64,000 nt of DNA from assembly GCA_963663235.2 (NCBI GenBank), contig CAXXNO010000005.1, positions 96,001 to 160,000 on the forward strand, written 5' to 3'. The notes beneath the pieces are model-generated. The model made no database searches. It saw only the letters and a program-made list of their open reading frames with translations, and was not told the origin of the DNA. Shown piece by piece: positions 20,364 through 30,319 of this stretch. This DNA is from Dehalococcoidia bacterium. Its GTDB lineage: Bacteria > Chloroflexota > Dehalococcoidia > Bin125. Positions within the stretch are counted from its first letter, which is position 1. Every line of letters begins with the position of its first letter. The translations under genes were made by a program, and so were the position numbers.

Positions 20364-20393
20364 CGAGAGGCCCCTCGGTTGAGGGGCCTCTCG
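20364..20393. terminator. Hairpin terminator (duplicate)
   Basis: Same 13-bp stem as 15438..15467. Confidence 0.75.
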
Positions 20394-20426
20394 TTTGTCG
20401 TCGCTGCCGGCGAAGGCGTTGCGGCG

Positions 20427-22259
20427 TTAGGCCGTAAAGACGATATCCCCGTAGTCGATGAGATTGTCGCCACGGTAGTGAAAGCCGCTGACGTTGTCGC
20501 GGAAAATGTACTGCGGGTTCGTCCAGGCGATGTGCTGGAAAGGGGCGTCTTCCGCGAGTATGCGCTGGGCCGTGTCGTAGAACGCCAGCGCATCGGGGGC
20601 CTGGTCATCCCCCACTTCAATCCCGGACTGCACGGCCGCCCAGAAGTCATCCCATTGCGCGCGGCCCGTGTCGTAGAAAGCAAAGTTGATCGGCGAGCCG
20701 CTCTGGAAGAAGAGCTGGAGGTAGTAGGGCATGGTCTGCACGAAGGACGCGGTGCGGACCAGGAACGTGGGCTGCCGCGCCTCCGGTGTGCCGCGGTTCT
20801 CGTCGGCGGCCGCGGGCGGCAACGCCACCAGGTTCAAGCGGATGCCGGCTTTGGCCGCCGACTCGCGCATGAGGACCGCGGCCTCCTCCTGGTCGGGGAG
20901 GGCCAGCTCGTACGACATGTCGATTTCAAAGCCGTCCGGCACTCCGGCCTCCGCCAGCAGCTCCTTGGCCTTGTCGATGTCGGTGACGTATTGGTGAGAG
21001 TGCTCCGGCGCGGCGCCGGGGATCGGCGGCCAGACTTGCGAAAATGCACGGATCGCCAGGCCCTCGTAGACCGTGTTGACCATGCCGTCGTACGGGATGA
21101 TGTAGGCCAGCGCTTGACGGACCCGCGTATCTCCCCACACTTCTTCGTTCATGTTCGTCACGGAGAACAGGTTCAAGTTCGTGTCGGCCTTGGGAACGTA
21201 GGTCCCTTCCTCGCCCTGCGTGCTCGCCTGCTCGCGCGCCAGCATCGCCTTGGCGATGTGCACGTCGCCCCGGCGGACCAGCGCCAGCCGGTTGGCGCTC
21301 TCCGGCACCACCCGCCAGATGATCCGCTCGATCTGCGCGGGGTTGATCCCGTCGCCCCGGGCCCAGCCCTCGTTGCGGAGGAAGACCGCCTGTTCCCCTT
21401 GCGTGAAGATCTCGAGCTGGTAGGCCCCGAAGCCGTGGGAGTGCGTGACCGCCCACTCTTGCGACCACGGGTCGTCCTCCGTGGCGTTCTCCTTCATCAA
21501 CTTGGAGTCGACGATCGCGCCCACGTGCTGGGCCATGATCGTCTGCTCGAACGTGGGGTACGGCCGGTTGAGCCGGAACTGCACCGTGAAATCGTCGATC
21601 CGCTGGATCTGGTCCGGATCAAAGAGCTCCGCCGCGAACGCCGAGATGAAGGCTCCCAGCCCCCCCGCCGCAATCTTGCGCTCCATGGTGTAGGTCACGT
21701 CGTCGGCCGTGAACGGGTTGCCGTTATAGCTGACCACGCCTTCGCGCAGCGTGAATTCGTAGGTCGTCCCGTCTTCGCTCTTGCTCCAGTCAACCGCCAG
21801 CCGCGGTTCCCAGGGGCCCGTTATATCCTCCCCCAAGAACCCGCCTGGCTGCTCCACGATCTTGTTGCGGATCAACGTGGAGTGGAGCATCACGTTGGCC
21901 TCTTGGCTCTCGTGGGTATTCGCCAACTCCTGGTCCAACGTGACGAACAGGTTGGCCTGCGCGACGACCAGATCGCGCTCCACGTCCACCGCCGCCTCTT
22001 CGGCCGCCTGCTCGATCTCTTCCGCCGCTTGCTCGACGGCCGCGACCTGCTCCTCCTCGGTGACCTGCGCCTGCGCCTGATCTTCTTCGATCACCTGCGC
22101 AATGGCTTGCGATATCGCTTCGTCGTCGTCGTCGCCGCAACCGACCAGGGCCAGTCCGGCCGCTCCCAGCCCGGCCACCCCCGAGGCGGCCAGCGCCCGT
22201 CGCCGCGACATCCGCTGGCCAAGCATTCGCCGGTAAGGGCTCACATACCGCTCTTTCAT
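20427..22259 (-). CDS. ABC transporter substrate-binding protein, family 5, Tat lipoprotein (copy 2)
   Basis: Same length (1833 nt) and motifs as copy 1, with scattered substitutions. Confidence 0.92.
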   Translation of the reverse strand: MKERYVSPYRRMLGQRMSRRRALAASGVAGLGAAGLALVGCGDDDDEAISQAIAQVIEEDQAQAQVTEEEQVAAVEQAAEEIEQAAEEAAVDVERDLVVAQANLFVTLDQELANTHESQEANVMLHSTLIRNKIVEQPGGFLGEDITGPWEPRLAVDWSKSEDGTTYEFTLREGVVSYNGNPFTADDVTYTMERKIAAGGLGAFISAFAAELFDPDQIQRIDDFTVQFRLNRPYPTFEQTIMAQHVGAIVDSKLMKENATEDDPWSQEWAVTHSHGFGAYQLEIFTQGEQAVFLRNEGWARGDGINPAQIERIIWRVVPESANRLALVRRGDVHIAKAMLAREQASTQGEEGTYVPKADTNLNLFSVTNMNEEVWGDTRVRQALAYIIPYDGMVNTVYEGLAIRAFSQVWPPIPGAAPEHSHQYVTDIDKAKELLAEAGVPDGFEIDMSYELALPDQEEAAVLMRESAAKAGIRLNLVALPPAAADENRGTPEARQPTFLVRTASFVQTMPYYLQLFFQSGSPINFAFYDTGRAQWDDFWAAVQSGIEVGDDQAPDALAFYDTAQRILAEDAPFQHIAWTNPQYIFRDNVSGFHYRGDNLIDYGDIVFTA

Positions 22260-22391
22260 CGCTCGATCCTTCCTCCTGGTTCTGCCGAATCCCGCTTCCG
22301 CCACCCGGACGGCGTTCCCGCGCCTGGGCATGATCGGCATCATACATGACTTACGAAACGGGTTGCCCACTTCACTAAGGAAGAGCGGACG

Positions 22392-22859
22392 CTACATCTG
22401 CAGAAACCGCTCCTTGGCCCAGCCCTCCTCGTAGCTCGTGAAAAACGCGAGGTGCACGTTGGAGGCGGCGATGAGCCAGCTCCCGTCGACTTTCTTATAG
22501 GTATCGTCGTAGGTCGCGGCCAGGAACGCCGCACGGCCCTTCACCGTCAACGGCACCCACACGTACCACGAACCGGTCGCATCGATGCCGTTGTCGTCGA
22601 CGTCGATGATCTCGCCCAGCATGTAGTGCAGCGAGAACGGGTACATCTCGGCGCCGGGGACGAAGAAGGCATGGATCTTCTCCCGGCCTTCCAGGTGGTA
22701 ACCCATCTCGTCCGAGTGCCACGTCGCGTCCTCGGTGAACAGGTTGGAAAGCCCGACCGGATCGAAGTCCTCGTCCGCCAGCCGGGCGTAGCCCTGCTTC
22801 AGCCGCCGGATCGCCTCAATGTTCTCCAGCCGTTGAAGCCGTTGCTCGATCGTGGGCAT
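22392..22859 (-). CDS. SnoaL_4 / NTF2-like protein (LinA/BaiE-type fold)
   Basis: RLENIEAIRRLK..YARLAD..LFTEDATW..SLHY..YDDTYKKVDGSWLI pattern. Confidence 0.85.
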   Translation of the reverse strand: MPTIEQRLQRLENIEAIRRLKQGYARLADEDFDPVGLSNLFTEDATWHSDEMGYHLEGREKIHAFFVPGAEMYPFSLHYMLGEIIDVDDNGIDATGSWYVWVPLTVKGRAAFLAATYDDTYKKVDGSWLIAASNVHLAFFTSYEEGWAKERFLQM

Positions 22860-23104
22860 CGCTGTTCCTCTCTCTGGATGGTTCCAGCGCGTGCGCGCCG
22901 AAGGCTACCACTCGTCGTATCCCGGGAAAAGGCGACAAGGGCGCTCTCGCACGGTCGCCCGCGTCGCTTCTTGACCGCCCACAGGTCAGCGCTTATACAG
23001 GCGGAGCCTGGGTCTGGGCCGTGCTCTCTGACGCTCGCGCCCCGCACAGCCCCTCCGCCACGCTCTCCGCTGCCCAAAGGAGGAACCCCCAAAGTGAGGA
23101 ACCG

Positions 23105-24139
23105 ATGAGCAAGCTGCCGCCGATCAACATCTCCCTGAGCGGTTTCCCCTATGACGACGCGATCACCATGGTCAAGGAGGCGGACAAGGCGGGGCTGTAC
23201 GCTACCTGGGTGCCGGAGTTCCAACGCGACTCCCTGACCTATCTCGGCGCCATGGCCCCCCTCACCAGCGACATCAAGCTCATCAGCAGTGTCGCCACCT
23301 GGACCCGCACCCCCGTCAACATGATGCGTGCCTGCAAGGACTTGGACATGCTCAGCCACGGCCGCTTCATGCTCGGCCTGGGCAGCATGCCCGCCTCGTG
23401 GAACCGGGACTATCACGCCATCGCGCCCGAGAAGCCCGTGGCGCGCATGCGCGAATACGTGGAGACGCTGCGGCTCCTGTGGAAATCGGACCCGGACACA
23501 CCCGTGAACTACGAGGGCCGCTTCTACCAAATCTACGATTACCGCGTCCTCGAGCCGCCCGATCGGCCGCATCTTCCCATCCTTCTTGGCGCCACCCGGC
23601 CGAATATGCTGCAGACCGCCGGAGAGATCGCCGACGGCGTCCTCTTCAACTGGAACTTCACGCTGGATTTCGTCAGGAACGAAGCGCTGCCGGCGATTGC
23701 GGAGGGGGCCAAGAAGTCCGGCCGCACCTTGCAAGACCTCCACATCGATGCCGGGCGGCCCGTTGTCTTCACCGACGACAAAGAAGAAGCCGATGCGGCC
23801 ATCGCATGTTGGCGACGCGGGACGGCCTACATCTTCGTGGCGGCGGACTACCATCGCGACATGCTTGAAACACTCGGCTTCGAGGAGGAAGTGGCTCGCG
23901 GCAAGAAAGCGATGGCGGCCGGAGATTTCGACGGCGTCATCGAAGCGATCAACGACCGCATCATCGACACCTTCGTCATCAGAGGCACTCCCGACGAGTG
24001 CCTGGCGCGCATCGCCGAGTTCAGCGATTTCGCGGACTCCTTTTCCGTCTGGAGTCCCACCTGGACCGGTGTGGGCGGCAAGGAGAGCATGAAAGCCACG
24101 CGCAGAGTGATCGAAGTGCTCGCGGACGCCGGCCGCTGA
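23105..24139 (+). CDS. LLM class flavin-dependent oxidoreductase (copy 2)
   Basis: Near-identical to 18014..19048, same 1035-nt length. Confidence 0.9.
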   Translation: MSKLPPINISLSGFPYDDAITMVKEADKAGLYATWVPEFQRDSLTYLGAMAPLTSDIKLISSVATWTRTPVNMMRACKDLDMLSHGRFMLGLGSMPASWNRDYHAIAPEKPVARMREYVETLRLLWKSDPDTPVNYEGRFYQIYDYRVLEPPDRPHLPILLGATRPNMLQTAGEIADGVLFNWNFTLDFVRNEALPAIAEGAKKSGRTLQDLHIDAGRPVVFTDDKEEADAAIACWRRGTAYIFVAADYHRDMLETLGFEEEVARGKKAMAAGDFDGVIEAINDRIIDTFVIRGTPDECLARIAEFSDFADSFSVWSPTWTGVGGKESMKATRRVIEVLADAGR

Positions 24140-24210
24140 TGCCCTTGAGGTGACGACGGCGTCCACGCTGGCCCGATGCGCCGGCCGCCCGGCGCCTGAG
24201 TGGAGGAACC

Positions 24211-25005
24211 ATGTCAATCAAGCGAGCCTACGTCGATGTCGACGGCCGTCAGCTCCACTACCGCGTCGCCGCGGGCAGCCGCGGCACGCCCATCGTCTAC
24301 CTCCACCAAACCGCCAGCTCCTCCGCCATGTACGAGGGGCTGTTGGCGCAGCTCGATGGCGAGCGCCCGCAATACGCCCTCGACACGCCGGGCTTCGGCC
24401 AGTCGGACTTCCCGCCCCCGGAGCCGACGGTGAACTCGTACGCACAGGGTCTCCTGGCGGCGGCCGGTGCCCTCGGCCTCGATCGCTTCCACGTCTTGGG
24501 GCACCACACGGGCGCGTCGATCGCCTGTGAGATGGCCGCCATCGCGCCGGACCGCATCGCCACCTTGATCATGGCCGGCCCGCCCTACCTCGATGCCGAG
24601 GCGTGCAAAGAGTGGCTCGACGAGACCGCGGCCATGGTGATCGATGCGAAAGGCGGGCACTTGATGCCCGCCTGGGAGCGCGCCAAGGACCTCGGCCCCA
24701 ATTCGTCGCTCGACATCGTGCATCGCGAGACGGTCGATACGCTCCGCGCGGGCGAGCGCTGGCACGAAGCCTACCTCGCCGTCTTCACCTACGACATGCC
24801 CGCGCGTCTCGCGCTGGTCCGCTGTCCCATCCTCATGCTCTGCACCCATGACGACCCTCTGCTGCCCTACTTTCCGCACGCCCGCGAAGCCCGGCCCGAT
24901 GCTCGCTCCGTCGAGATGGACGGCGGCGTCTTCGTGATCGACGAAGCGCCGGAGGCGATCGCTGGCGAGGTCCGGACGTTCTTGGCCTCGGTCGAGTCGA
25001 GCTAG
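24211..25005 (+). CDS. Alpha/beta fold hydrolase
   Basis: YLHQT, ALDTPGFGQSD, GHHTG elbow. Confidence 0.85.
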   Translation: MSIKRAYVDVDGRQLHYRVAAGSRGTPIVYLHQTASSSAMYEGLLAQLDGERPQYALDTPGFGQSDFPPPEPTVNSYAQGLLAAAGALGLDRFHVLGHHTGASIACEMAAIAPDRIATLIMAGPPYLDAEACKEWLDETAAMVIDAKGGHLMPAWERAKDLGPNSSLDIVHRETVDTLRAGERWHEAYLAVFTYDMPARLALVRCPILMLCTHDDPLLPYFPHAREARPDARSVEMDGGVFVIDEAPEAIAGEVRTFLASVESS

Positions 25006-25081
25006 CTACGGCAGCGATCCTCTGCGGGAGCTTCGGGACCGGCGCGGCCATCCTTTGAGTGACTGTGCGAAGGGATACACC

Positions 25082-25903
25082 ATGACCGACGACCGGGCCC
25101 ACGCCGATCGCAGGCGCGTCGCCGTTGAAGGCGTGCGCAAGTTGCGTGAGGGCGTCCTCGACGATGTCGAGGGTTATCTTCAGCACTCAGAAGACCGCAT
25201 GGGGGCGGTCGGATCGTTCAGCGTTGACTTCGTCTTCGGCGATATCTGGGCGCGGCCGCAGCTCTCCCGCCGAGACCGCAGCCTGGTGACGCTGGCGGCG
25301 TTGATCGCGGGAAGCGGTGCCGAAAGGGAGCTGGCGGTGCACGCAGAGAGCGCGATCATTCATGGGCTCTCGCGCGAGGAAGTGGAGGAGGTGGTCACGC
25401 ACCTGAGCGCCTACGCGGGTTTCCCGCGCGCGCTGGCGGCGCTCCGGCACATTCAGGCTGGCCTCAATGCCGCGGACAGCGGATCGCCACCACCGCCCCG
25501 CCAGCCCGCGCAGCGTAAGAGCGATGCGGAGCGCCGCCGCGACGGGATTGATGTCCTTTCGACGCTGATGGGCTGGTCCGACCCCGAAGCGGACCTCGCG
25601 CAACTGCGGGAGCGGATGGGGCCGATGGCGGACGTGTCGATCCAATTCTTGTGCGGCGAGGTCTGGGCGCGGTCCCAGCTATCCCCTCGCGACCGCAGCC
25701 TCGCCACGCTGTCGGCGTTGACACTGCTTGGTCGCACGGATCATCTGCCCACCCACGTCCGCGGCGCGCTCAACCACGGCCTCACCCGCGAGGAGATCGA
25801 GGAGGTGATGGTGCACCTGCTGGTCTACGCGGGCTGGCCGCTCGCGGTAACGGCGTTCCAGGCGGTCCGGGAGATCTTCGCGGAGATCGATAAGAGCGAG
25901 TGA
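25082..25903 (+). CDS. Carboxymuconolactone decarboxylase family protein, two CMD domains
   Basis: GDIWARPQLSRRDRSL..HGLSREE..YAGFP, repeated as GEVWARSQLSPRDRSL..HGLTREE..YAGWP. Confidence 0.9.
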   Translation: MTDDRAHADRRRVAVEGVRKLREGVLDDVEGYLQHSEDRMGAVGSFSVDFVFGDIWARPQLSRRDRSLVTLAALIAGSGAERELAVHAESAIIHGLSREEVEEVVTHLSAYAGFPRALAALRHIQAGLNAADSGSPPPPRQPAQRKSDAERRRDGIDVLSTLMGWSDPEADLAQLRERMGPMADVSIQFLCGEVWARSQLSPRDRSLATLSALTLLGRTDHLPTHVRGALNHGLTREEIEEVMVHLLVYAGWPLAVTAFQAVREIFAEIDKSE

Positions 25904-25904
25904 C

Positions 25905-27179
25905 CTAGGTGATCACGCCGGCGGCGCGAAGCGCTGCCACCTCCTCGGCCTCGAAGCCGTGCACTATCAACACCGCGTCGCTGTCACGGCCGTACGCGGG
26001 CGCGGCGCCATGCGCCGCCGTGGGCGTCACCGACATGGAGACCGTCGGCCCCGCGACCTGCTGGGGACCCGTCACCGGATGCTCCAGTTCCCACATCAGC
26101 CCCGCAGCCCCCACGTGCACGTCAGCCGCCATCTCCTCCGGGAAGTTGACCGGGGCCGCGGGCGCGCCTGCCGCTCGGAACGCTTCGTCCCATTCCTGCA
26201 CTGTTCGCCCCAGCATTCTGCGTTCGACCTCCGCCTTCCACTGCGCGAACCGCGACATGTCCGCGGCGTTCTTGGGGTCGAAGTCGCGGCCGTCGATCTC
26301 GTCGCTCACGCCTACCACGGTGCACGCCGCCGCGCGGTTCGCCGGCGTGAGGCAGCCGAGCGCGATGTATCCGTCCTTGGCTCGATAGACCTCGTAGTAC
26401 AGACGTGGGGGCCCCGCCTCCGCCACCCGATACCGATCGCGGATCGCCAGCTGCTCTTGGTAGGAGCCGCCCTCTCGACGGCTCTCCGCGATTTCGGTCA
26501 TCATCGGCGCGCGGACCCCGGCGTCGCTCACGGGCTCCTCCATCACGTGGATATCGAGCAGCGACAGCGCCGTTCGCAACAGGGACGCCTCGATGCGTTG
26601 GCCCCGGCCGCTCCGCTCGCGCTGGTACAGGGCGGCGCAGATCGCCATGGCAGCCGCCAGGCCGGTGGCGTAATCGACGGTCGGCGGGCGGTTGAACGCG
26701 GGCAGCCCCTCCTTATCCATCTTCCCCCCAACAACGAGCAGCCCGGAATAGGCCGCCATCGTCAGGTCCGTCGCCGCGTCTTCTGACCGTGGCCCGCGGT
26801 GTCCCCACCCCGTGATGTCGCAATAGATCAGGCGCGGGTGTGAGGCCGAGAGGGTCGCGTAGTCGATCCCCAGCCGCTTCACCGCTCCTGGGCGCAAGTT
26901 GACGGTGACCACGTCGAAACCCGGAAGCATACGATCGATGACCGCACGGCCCCGCGCATCCTTGACGTCAATCGCCAGGGCTTGCTTGCCTCGGTTCAGC
27001 GCCTGGAACCGTTTGCTCTCATGCGGCTCCACGGCGCCCTGGTTTCGGTACGGCTCGCCCTCGCGCGGCTCGATCTTCACCACCTCCGCGCCGAGGTCGG
27101 AGAGGTTCACGCCGCAATACGGTCCCGCGACGAGCTGCGTGAACTCCAGGACCCGGACGCCGTCCAGTGCACCGCCCAC
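25905..27179 (-). CDS. CoA transferase family III (CaiB/BaiF)
   Basis: LDGVRVLE..AGPY..LSDLGAEVVKIE, NRGK, NLRPG, VDYATG motifs. Confidence 0.92.
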   Translation of the reverse strand: MGGALDGVRVLEFTQLVAGPYCGVNLSDLGAEVVKIEPREGEPYRNQGAVEPHESKRFQALNRGKQALAIDVKDARGRAVIDRMLPGFDVVTVNLRPGAVKRLGIDYATLSASHPRLIYCDITGWGHRGPRSEDAATDLTMAAYSGLLVVGGKMDKEGLPAFNRPPTVDYATGLAAAMAICAALYQRERSGRGQRIEASLLRTALSLLDIHVMEEPVSDAGVRAPMMTEIAESRREGGSYQEQLAIRDRYRVAEAGPPRLYYEVYRAKDGYIALGCLTPANRAAACTVVGVSDEIDGRDFDPKNAADMSRFAQWKAEVERRMLGRTVQEWDEAFRAAGAPAAPVNFPEEMAADVHVGAAGLMWELEHPVTGPQQVAGPTVSMSVTPTAAHGAAPAYGRDSDAVLIVHGFEAEEVAALRAAGVIT

Positions 27180-27333
27180 GCCTGGCTCCCTCCCTCCATC
27201 CCGGCGACCGGTCGCGCCCTCCGGGCGCGCCCCAGCCTAGCGGGTCCATCCTGCCGCCGCAGAGACCACGCGATGCCGTCCCTCGGCCTGCGGCGGGCGG
27301 GCTACGACCCTACCGCGGGCGCCTCCTCGATGC

Positions 27334-28314
27334 TCACACGGGCACCCAGAACAGCTTCCTCTCGCGCTTCGCCTTGGCGAGCTGGCCCTCTTCAAATAGG
27401 TACTGGAGGTGGGCCAGTGTCTCGAAGCCGGCCGCGCGCTGCATGAACGGCTCGAAGTCGCTCAATCTGCCCGTCGTCCACTCGATCCGGCCGGCGACCT
27501 CCCAGGCCGTGGAGCCGCCACGGTCCACGCATCGCAGCATCTCTTCCAGCCGCGTCTTGTGGTGGTCGTGGATCTCCCTGATCCGGCGTTGCAGCTCTTT
27601 CGTGTCGAACTCGTGCGCGGGCAGGACGTGTTCGACGTCCAGCTTGCCCACAACGTCCAAGGACCGCAGATAGTCCCCCAGAGGGTTGGCGGACGTCTGC
27701 GGATGCATCGACACGTTGGGAGTGATCGTCGGCAGGATATGGTCGCCGCTGAGGAGGATCTTCCGGTTCGGCTCGTACAGGCAGATGTGGCCCGGCGCAT
27801 GGCCGGGCGTCCACACCACCTCGAATTCAAAGTCGCCCGCCTTGAGGACTTCGCCGCCCTGAAGCTCGACGTCCGCCGGCGTCGCGACGCCGTGCTCCTC
27901 CAGGTAGGTCGACATCTCCTCCATCAAGCGCTTCGGCGCCGAGTAGCGTGAGCCGATGACCTCCGCTTCCTTCGCGTGCATGAGAACGTCGCAGGCGGAG
28001 ATCTGCTTCACTCGTCCGGCCATGCCGAAGTGGTCCGGGTGGACGTGGGTGATGACCAGTTTGGTCACTTCCGCGGGATGGGAGCCGTGCTCCTCCATGC
28101 CGGTGGCCAGCGCCGCATAGGCCGCTTCCGTGTTCCAGCCACAGTCGACGAGCATCGTCTCGCCACCGCTCCGGATCAGGTACGGGAGGACGTACGGGAG
28201 GCCCTTTGTGACCCGCGGCTTCTTCTGGAGGTCACGCCGCAGCTGCGTCGCGTCTTCCAGCGTGAATTTCGGGAAGGGCGTGAGCAACTGGTAGAGGCCC
28301 GCGACGATTTCCAT
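27334..28314 (-). CDS. MBL-fold metallo-hydrolase
   Basis: THVHPDHFG, TPGHAPGH, SGDH and PAH motifs. Confidence 0.9.
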   Translation of the reverse strand: MEIVAGLYQLLTPFPKFTLEDATQLRRDLQKKPRVTKGLPYVLPYLIRSGGETMLVDCGWNTEAAYAALATGMEEHGSHPAEVTKLVITHVHPDHFGMAGRVKQISACDVLMHAKEAEVIGSRYSAPKRLMEEMSTYLEEHGVATPADVELQGGEVLKAGDFEFEVVWTPGHAPGHICLYEPNRKILLSGDHILPTITPNVSMHPQTSANPLGDYLRSLDVVGKLDVEHVLPAHEFDTKELQRRIREIHDHHKTRLEEMLRCVDRGGSTAWEVAGRIEWTTGRLSDFEPFMQRAAGFETLAHLQYLFEEGQLAKAKRERKLFWVPV

Positions 28315-28557
28315 GCAGGTCGAGCCTCCGATCGCTGCCCGATGCTAACAGTCCCCAATCCGTGCCCGCCGCCCGCCGGCGCGATCGCGCCTTCGTGGTG
28401 GGCGGCGCGATATGCTCTGACCTGATGCCGCCTCGGAGGCCCTTGATATCCGACGCTGCGCCCGACGGATGGAGGACGCCGGAGGAATGGACGAATCGCG
28501 GATGACTTTGGATAGGGCAAGCCGCACGGGGCTTACGCGTGAGCGGCGGCGGCCGGG

Positions 28558-29115
28558 ATGAACGGTCCCTCGCTTCGCGGTCGACTCTTGGTAGCGGCGC
28601 CGCGTCTCATCGATCCGAACTTCTTCCGGACCGCGGTGCTCATCATCGACCACGGGGACCACGGCGCGGCCGGCCTGGTCTTGAACCGTCCCACCAACGT
28701 CCGCACAGGCGGAACCATTCCCCGCTGGGATCGCTTGGCGGCTCTTCCCGCTGTCATTTTCGTGGGCGGCCCGGTACAGCGAGATTCCGCCATCGCTTTG
28801 GCAAAGGCCGGGCCCGAGGCCACGCTGCCCGACTGGAGGCCCATCGTCGATACCGTGGGCATCGTGGACCTCCGCCTCGACCCTGATGAGGTGGGGACGG
28901 ACATCGAGCGGCTGCGTGTCTTCTCCGGCTACGCGGGATGGGGAGCGGGACAACTGGAGGCGGAGATCAGCACCGGATCGTGGCTCGTGGTTGATGCCCG
29001 GCCTGACGATGTCCTCACCGCCGCCCCCGCGCGCCTCTGGCACCTGGCGCTCACACGTCAGCGGGGCCGGTTCGCCGGGCTGGTGACGCTGCCCTCGGAT
29101 CCGTCGCTGAACTAG
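28558..29115 (+). CDS. YqgE/AlgH (DUF179) family protein
   Basis: LLVA.P...DPNF.RT, GLVLNRP, GGPV, GYAGWGAGQLE.EI motifs. Confidence 0.92.
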   Translation: MNGPSLRGRLLVAAPRLIDPNFFRTAVLIIDHGDHGAAGLVLNRPTNVRTGGTIPRWDRLAALPAVIFVGGPVQRDSAIALAKAGPEATLPDWRPIVDTVGIVDLRLDPDEVGTDIERLRVFSGYAGWGAGQLEAEISTGSWLVVDARPDDVLTAAPARLWHLALTRQRGRFAGLVTLPSDPSLN

Positions 29116-29151
29116 ACGGGACGGGCTCGTGCGCCCTGCCCCAGCCTGCGG

Positions 29152-29904
29152 CTACCACTGCCGCCCCATACCTCCGCGGGTGCCGTAGAACCCCGCCGGC
29201 CAGTTCCGCCCCCCCATCACCGCCTTGTCCACGTCCTCTTTGCTGGCGATACCCTCCGCCACGATGCTATCCGCCTCGCGACGGGCCGCGGCGAAGATGC
29301 GATTGAGGAGGAAGCCGTAGGTCTCTGGCGTGTCCCGCACCATGCTCACCTCCTTGCCCGCGCGCTCGGCGAGGCCTCGCACTGTCTCGATCGTCTCCGC
29401 GGACGCCTGGGGCGTGTAGACCACTTCGCACATCTTCATCTTGGGCACGGGGTTCGAGAAGTGCATCCCCGCGAACAGCGCTTTGCGCGACTCCGACAAG
29501 TCCCGAGCGACCTCGCCGATGACGAAACCGGAAGTGTTCGAGGCGAAGATCGCCTCGGCCTTCACGATCGCATCCAGCTCCTTGAACACCCGTTGCTTCA
29601 GTTCGAGATCCTCCGTGACCGCCTCGATGACGACGTCGGAATCCCCCAGCGCGGCCATATCGGTGGTGAACGAGATCCGCTGCATCGCCTCCACGCCGAC
29701 GTCAAACTGCAACTTCCCGATCTCCACGGCTCGCTTGATGCCCCAGCGGCCCTCGATGGCTGATTCCTTCGTCGCGGACAGGATCTCCTCACTGATGTCG
29801 CAAACGACCACCTCGTAGCCGCTGATCGCCATCACTTCGGCGATGCCACCCCCCATGACCCCGCCGCCGAGCACGCCGATCCTCTGCACTTGGTTCAACT
29901 GCAC
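29152..29904 (-). CDS. 3-hydroxyacyl-CoA dehydrogenase family protein
   Basis: GGGVMGGG, VIEAVTEDL..K, ASNTS, GMHFSNP, GFLLNRI motifs. Confidence 0.9.
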   Translation of the reverse strand: MQLNQVQRIGVLGGGVMGGGIAEVMAISGYEVVVCDISEEILSATKESAIEGRWGIKRAVEIGKLQFDVGVEAMQRISFTTDMAALGDSDVVIEAVTEDLELKQRVFKELDAIVKAEAIFASNTSGFVIGEVARDLSESRKALFAGMHFSNPVPKMKMCEVVYTPQASAETIETVRGLAERAGKEVSMVRDTPETYGFLLNRIFAAARREADSIVAEGIASKEDVDKAVMGGRNWPAGFYGTRGGMGRQW

Positions 29905-30154
29905 GCTCCTCCTCCTTCCGTGGTCCGGCGTCGCCGGCCGATGCGAGGCTACGACACGAGACGGCTCTGCCGCGAGCCCGCCCGCAGGCCGCGCGGCGCC
30001 CAGCGGGCCCGCCGGCCCTGTCCACTAGAATGCGGGAGTTCGTCGCGGTTGGGCTCTCTGCCAGCCCCGAGTCTGGGCGGTGTCGCGATGGCGCTGCGGC
30101 CGGATCCCGCAACTTCGATGCTGCTCCCGGTGCCCTCCTGGGTCCACGGCGACG

Positions 30155-30286
30155 GCGGAGAAGTACGCCGAGATCAACCGGCCAATCCACCCCCAGGAGC
30201 TGCGACAGGCCTTCGATAATGCGACGAAGGCGGGCCTTTGGCGGCTCGACGCTCGCTGGAGGACGCTCTCTCCCAGTGACAACTAG
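30155..30286 (+). pseudogene. C-terminal remnant resembling a PflX-like radical SAM protein
   Basis: AEKYAEINRPIHPQELRQAFDNATKAGLWRLDARWR recalls the PflX C-terminus (from memory); no upstream body present. Confidence 0.45.
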
Positions 30287-30319
30287 ACTCGCACGCACCT
30301 TCGGACGGCAGAGAAACGA

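Larger units (their letters stand above)
20245..24184. repeat. Segmental duplication, copy 2
   Basis: Near-identical to 15319..19093, with intact SnoaL gene. Confidence 0.95.

Noticed and set aside
15319-24184. Duplication as a transposon or prophage
   Set aside because: No transposase, integrase, terminal inverted repeats or phage genes seen
27860-27900. Possible short in-frame deletion in the MBL hydrolase (HGVATPADVEL)
   Set aside because: Impression from remembered homolog lengths only; all metal-binding motifs are intact
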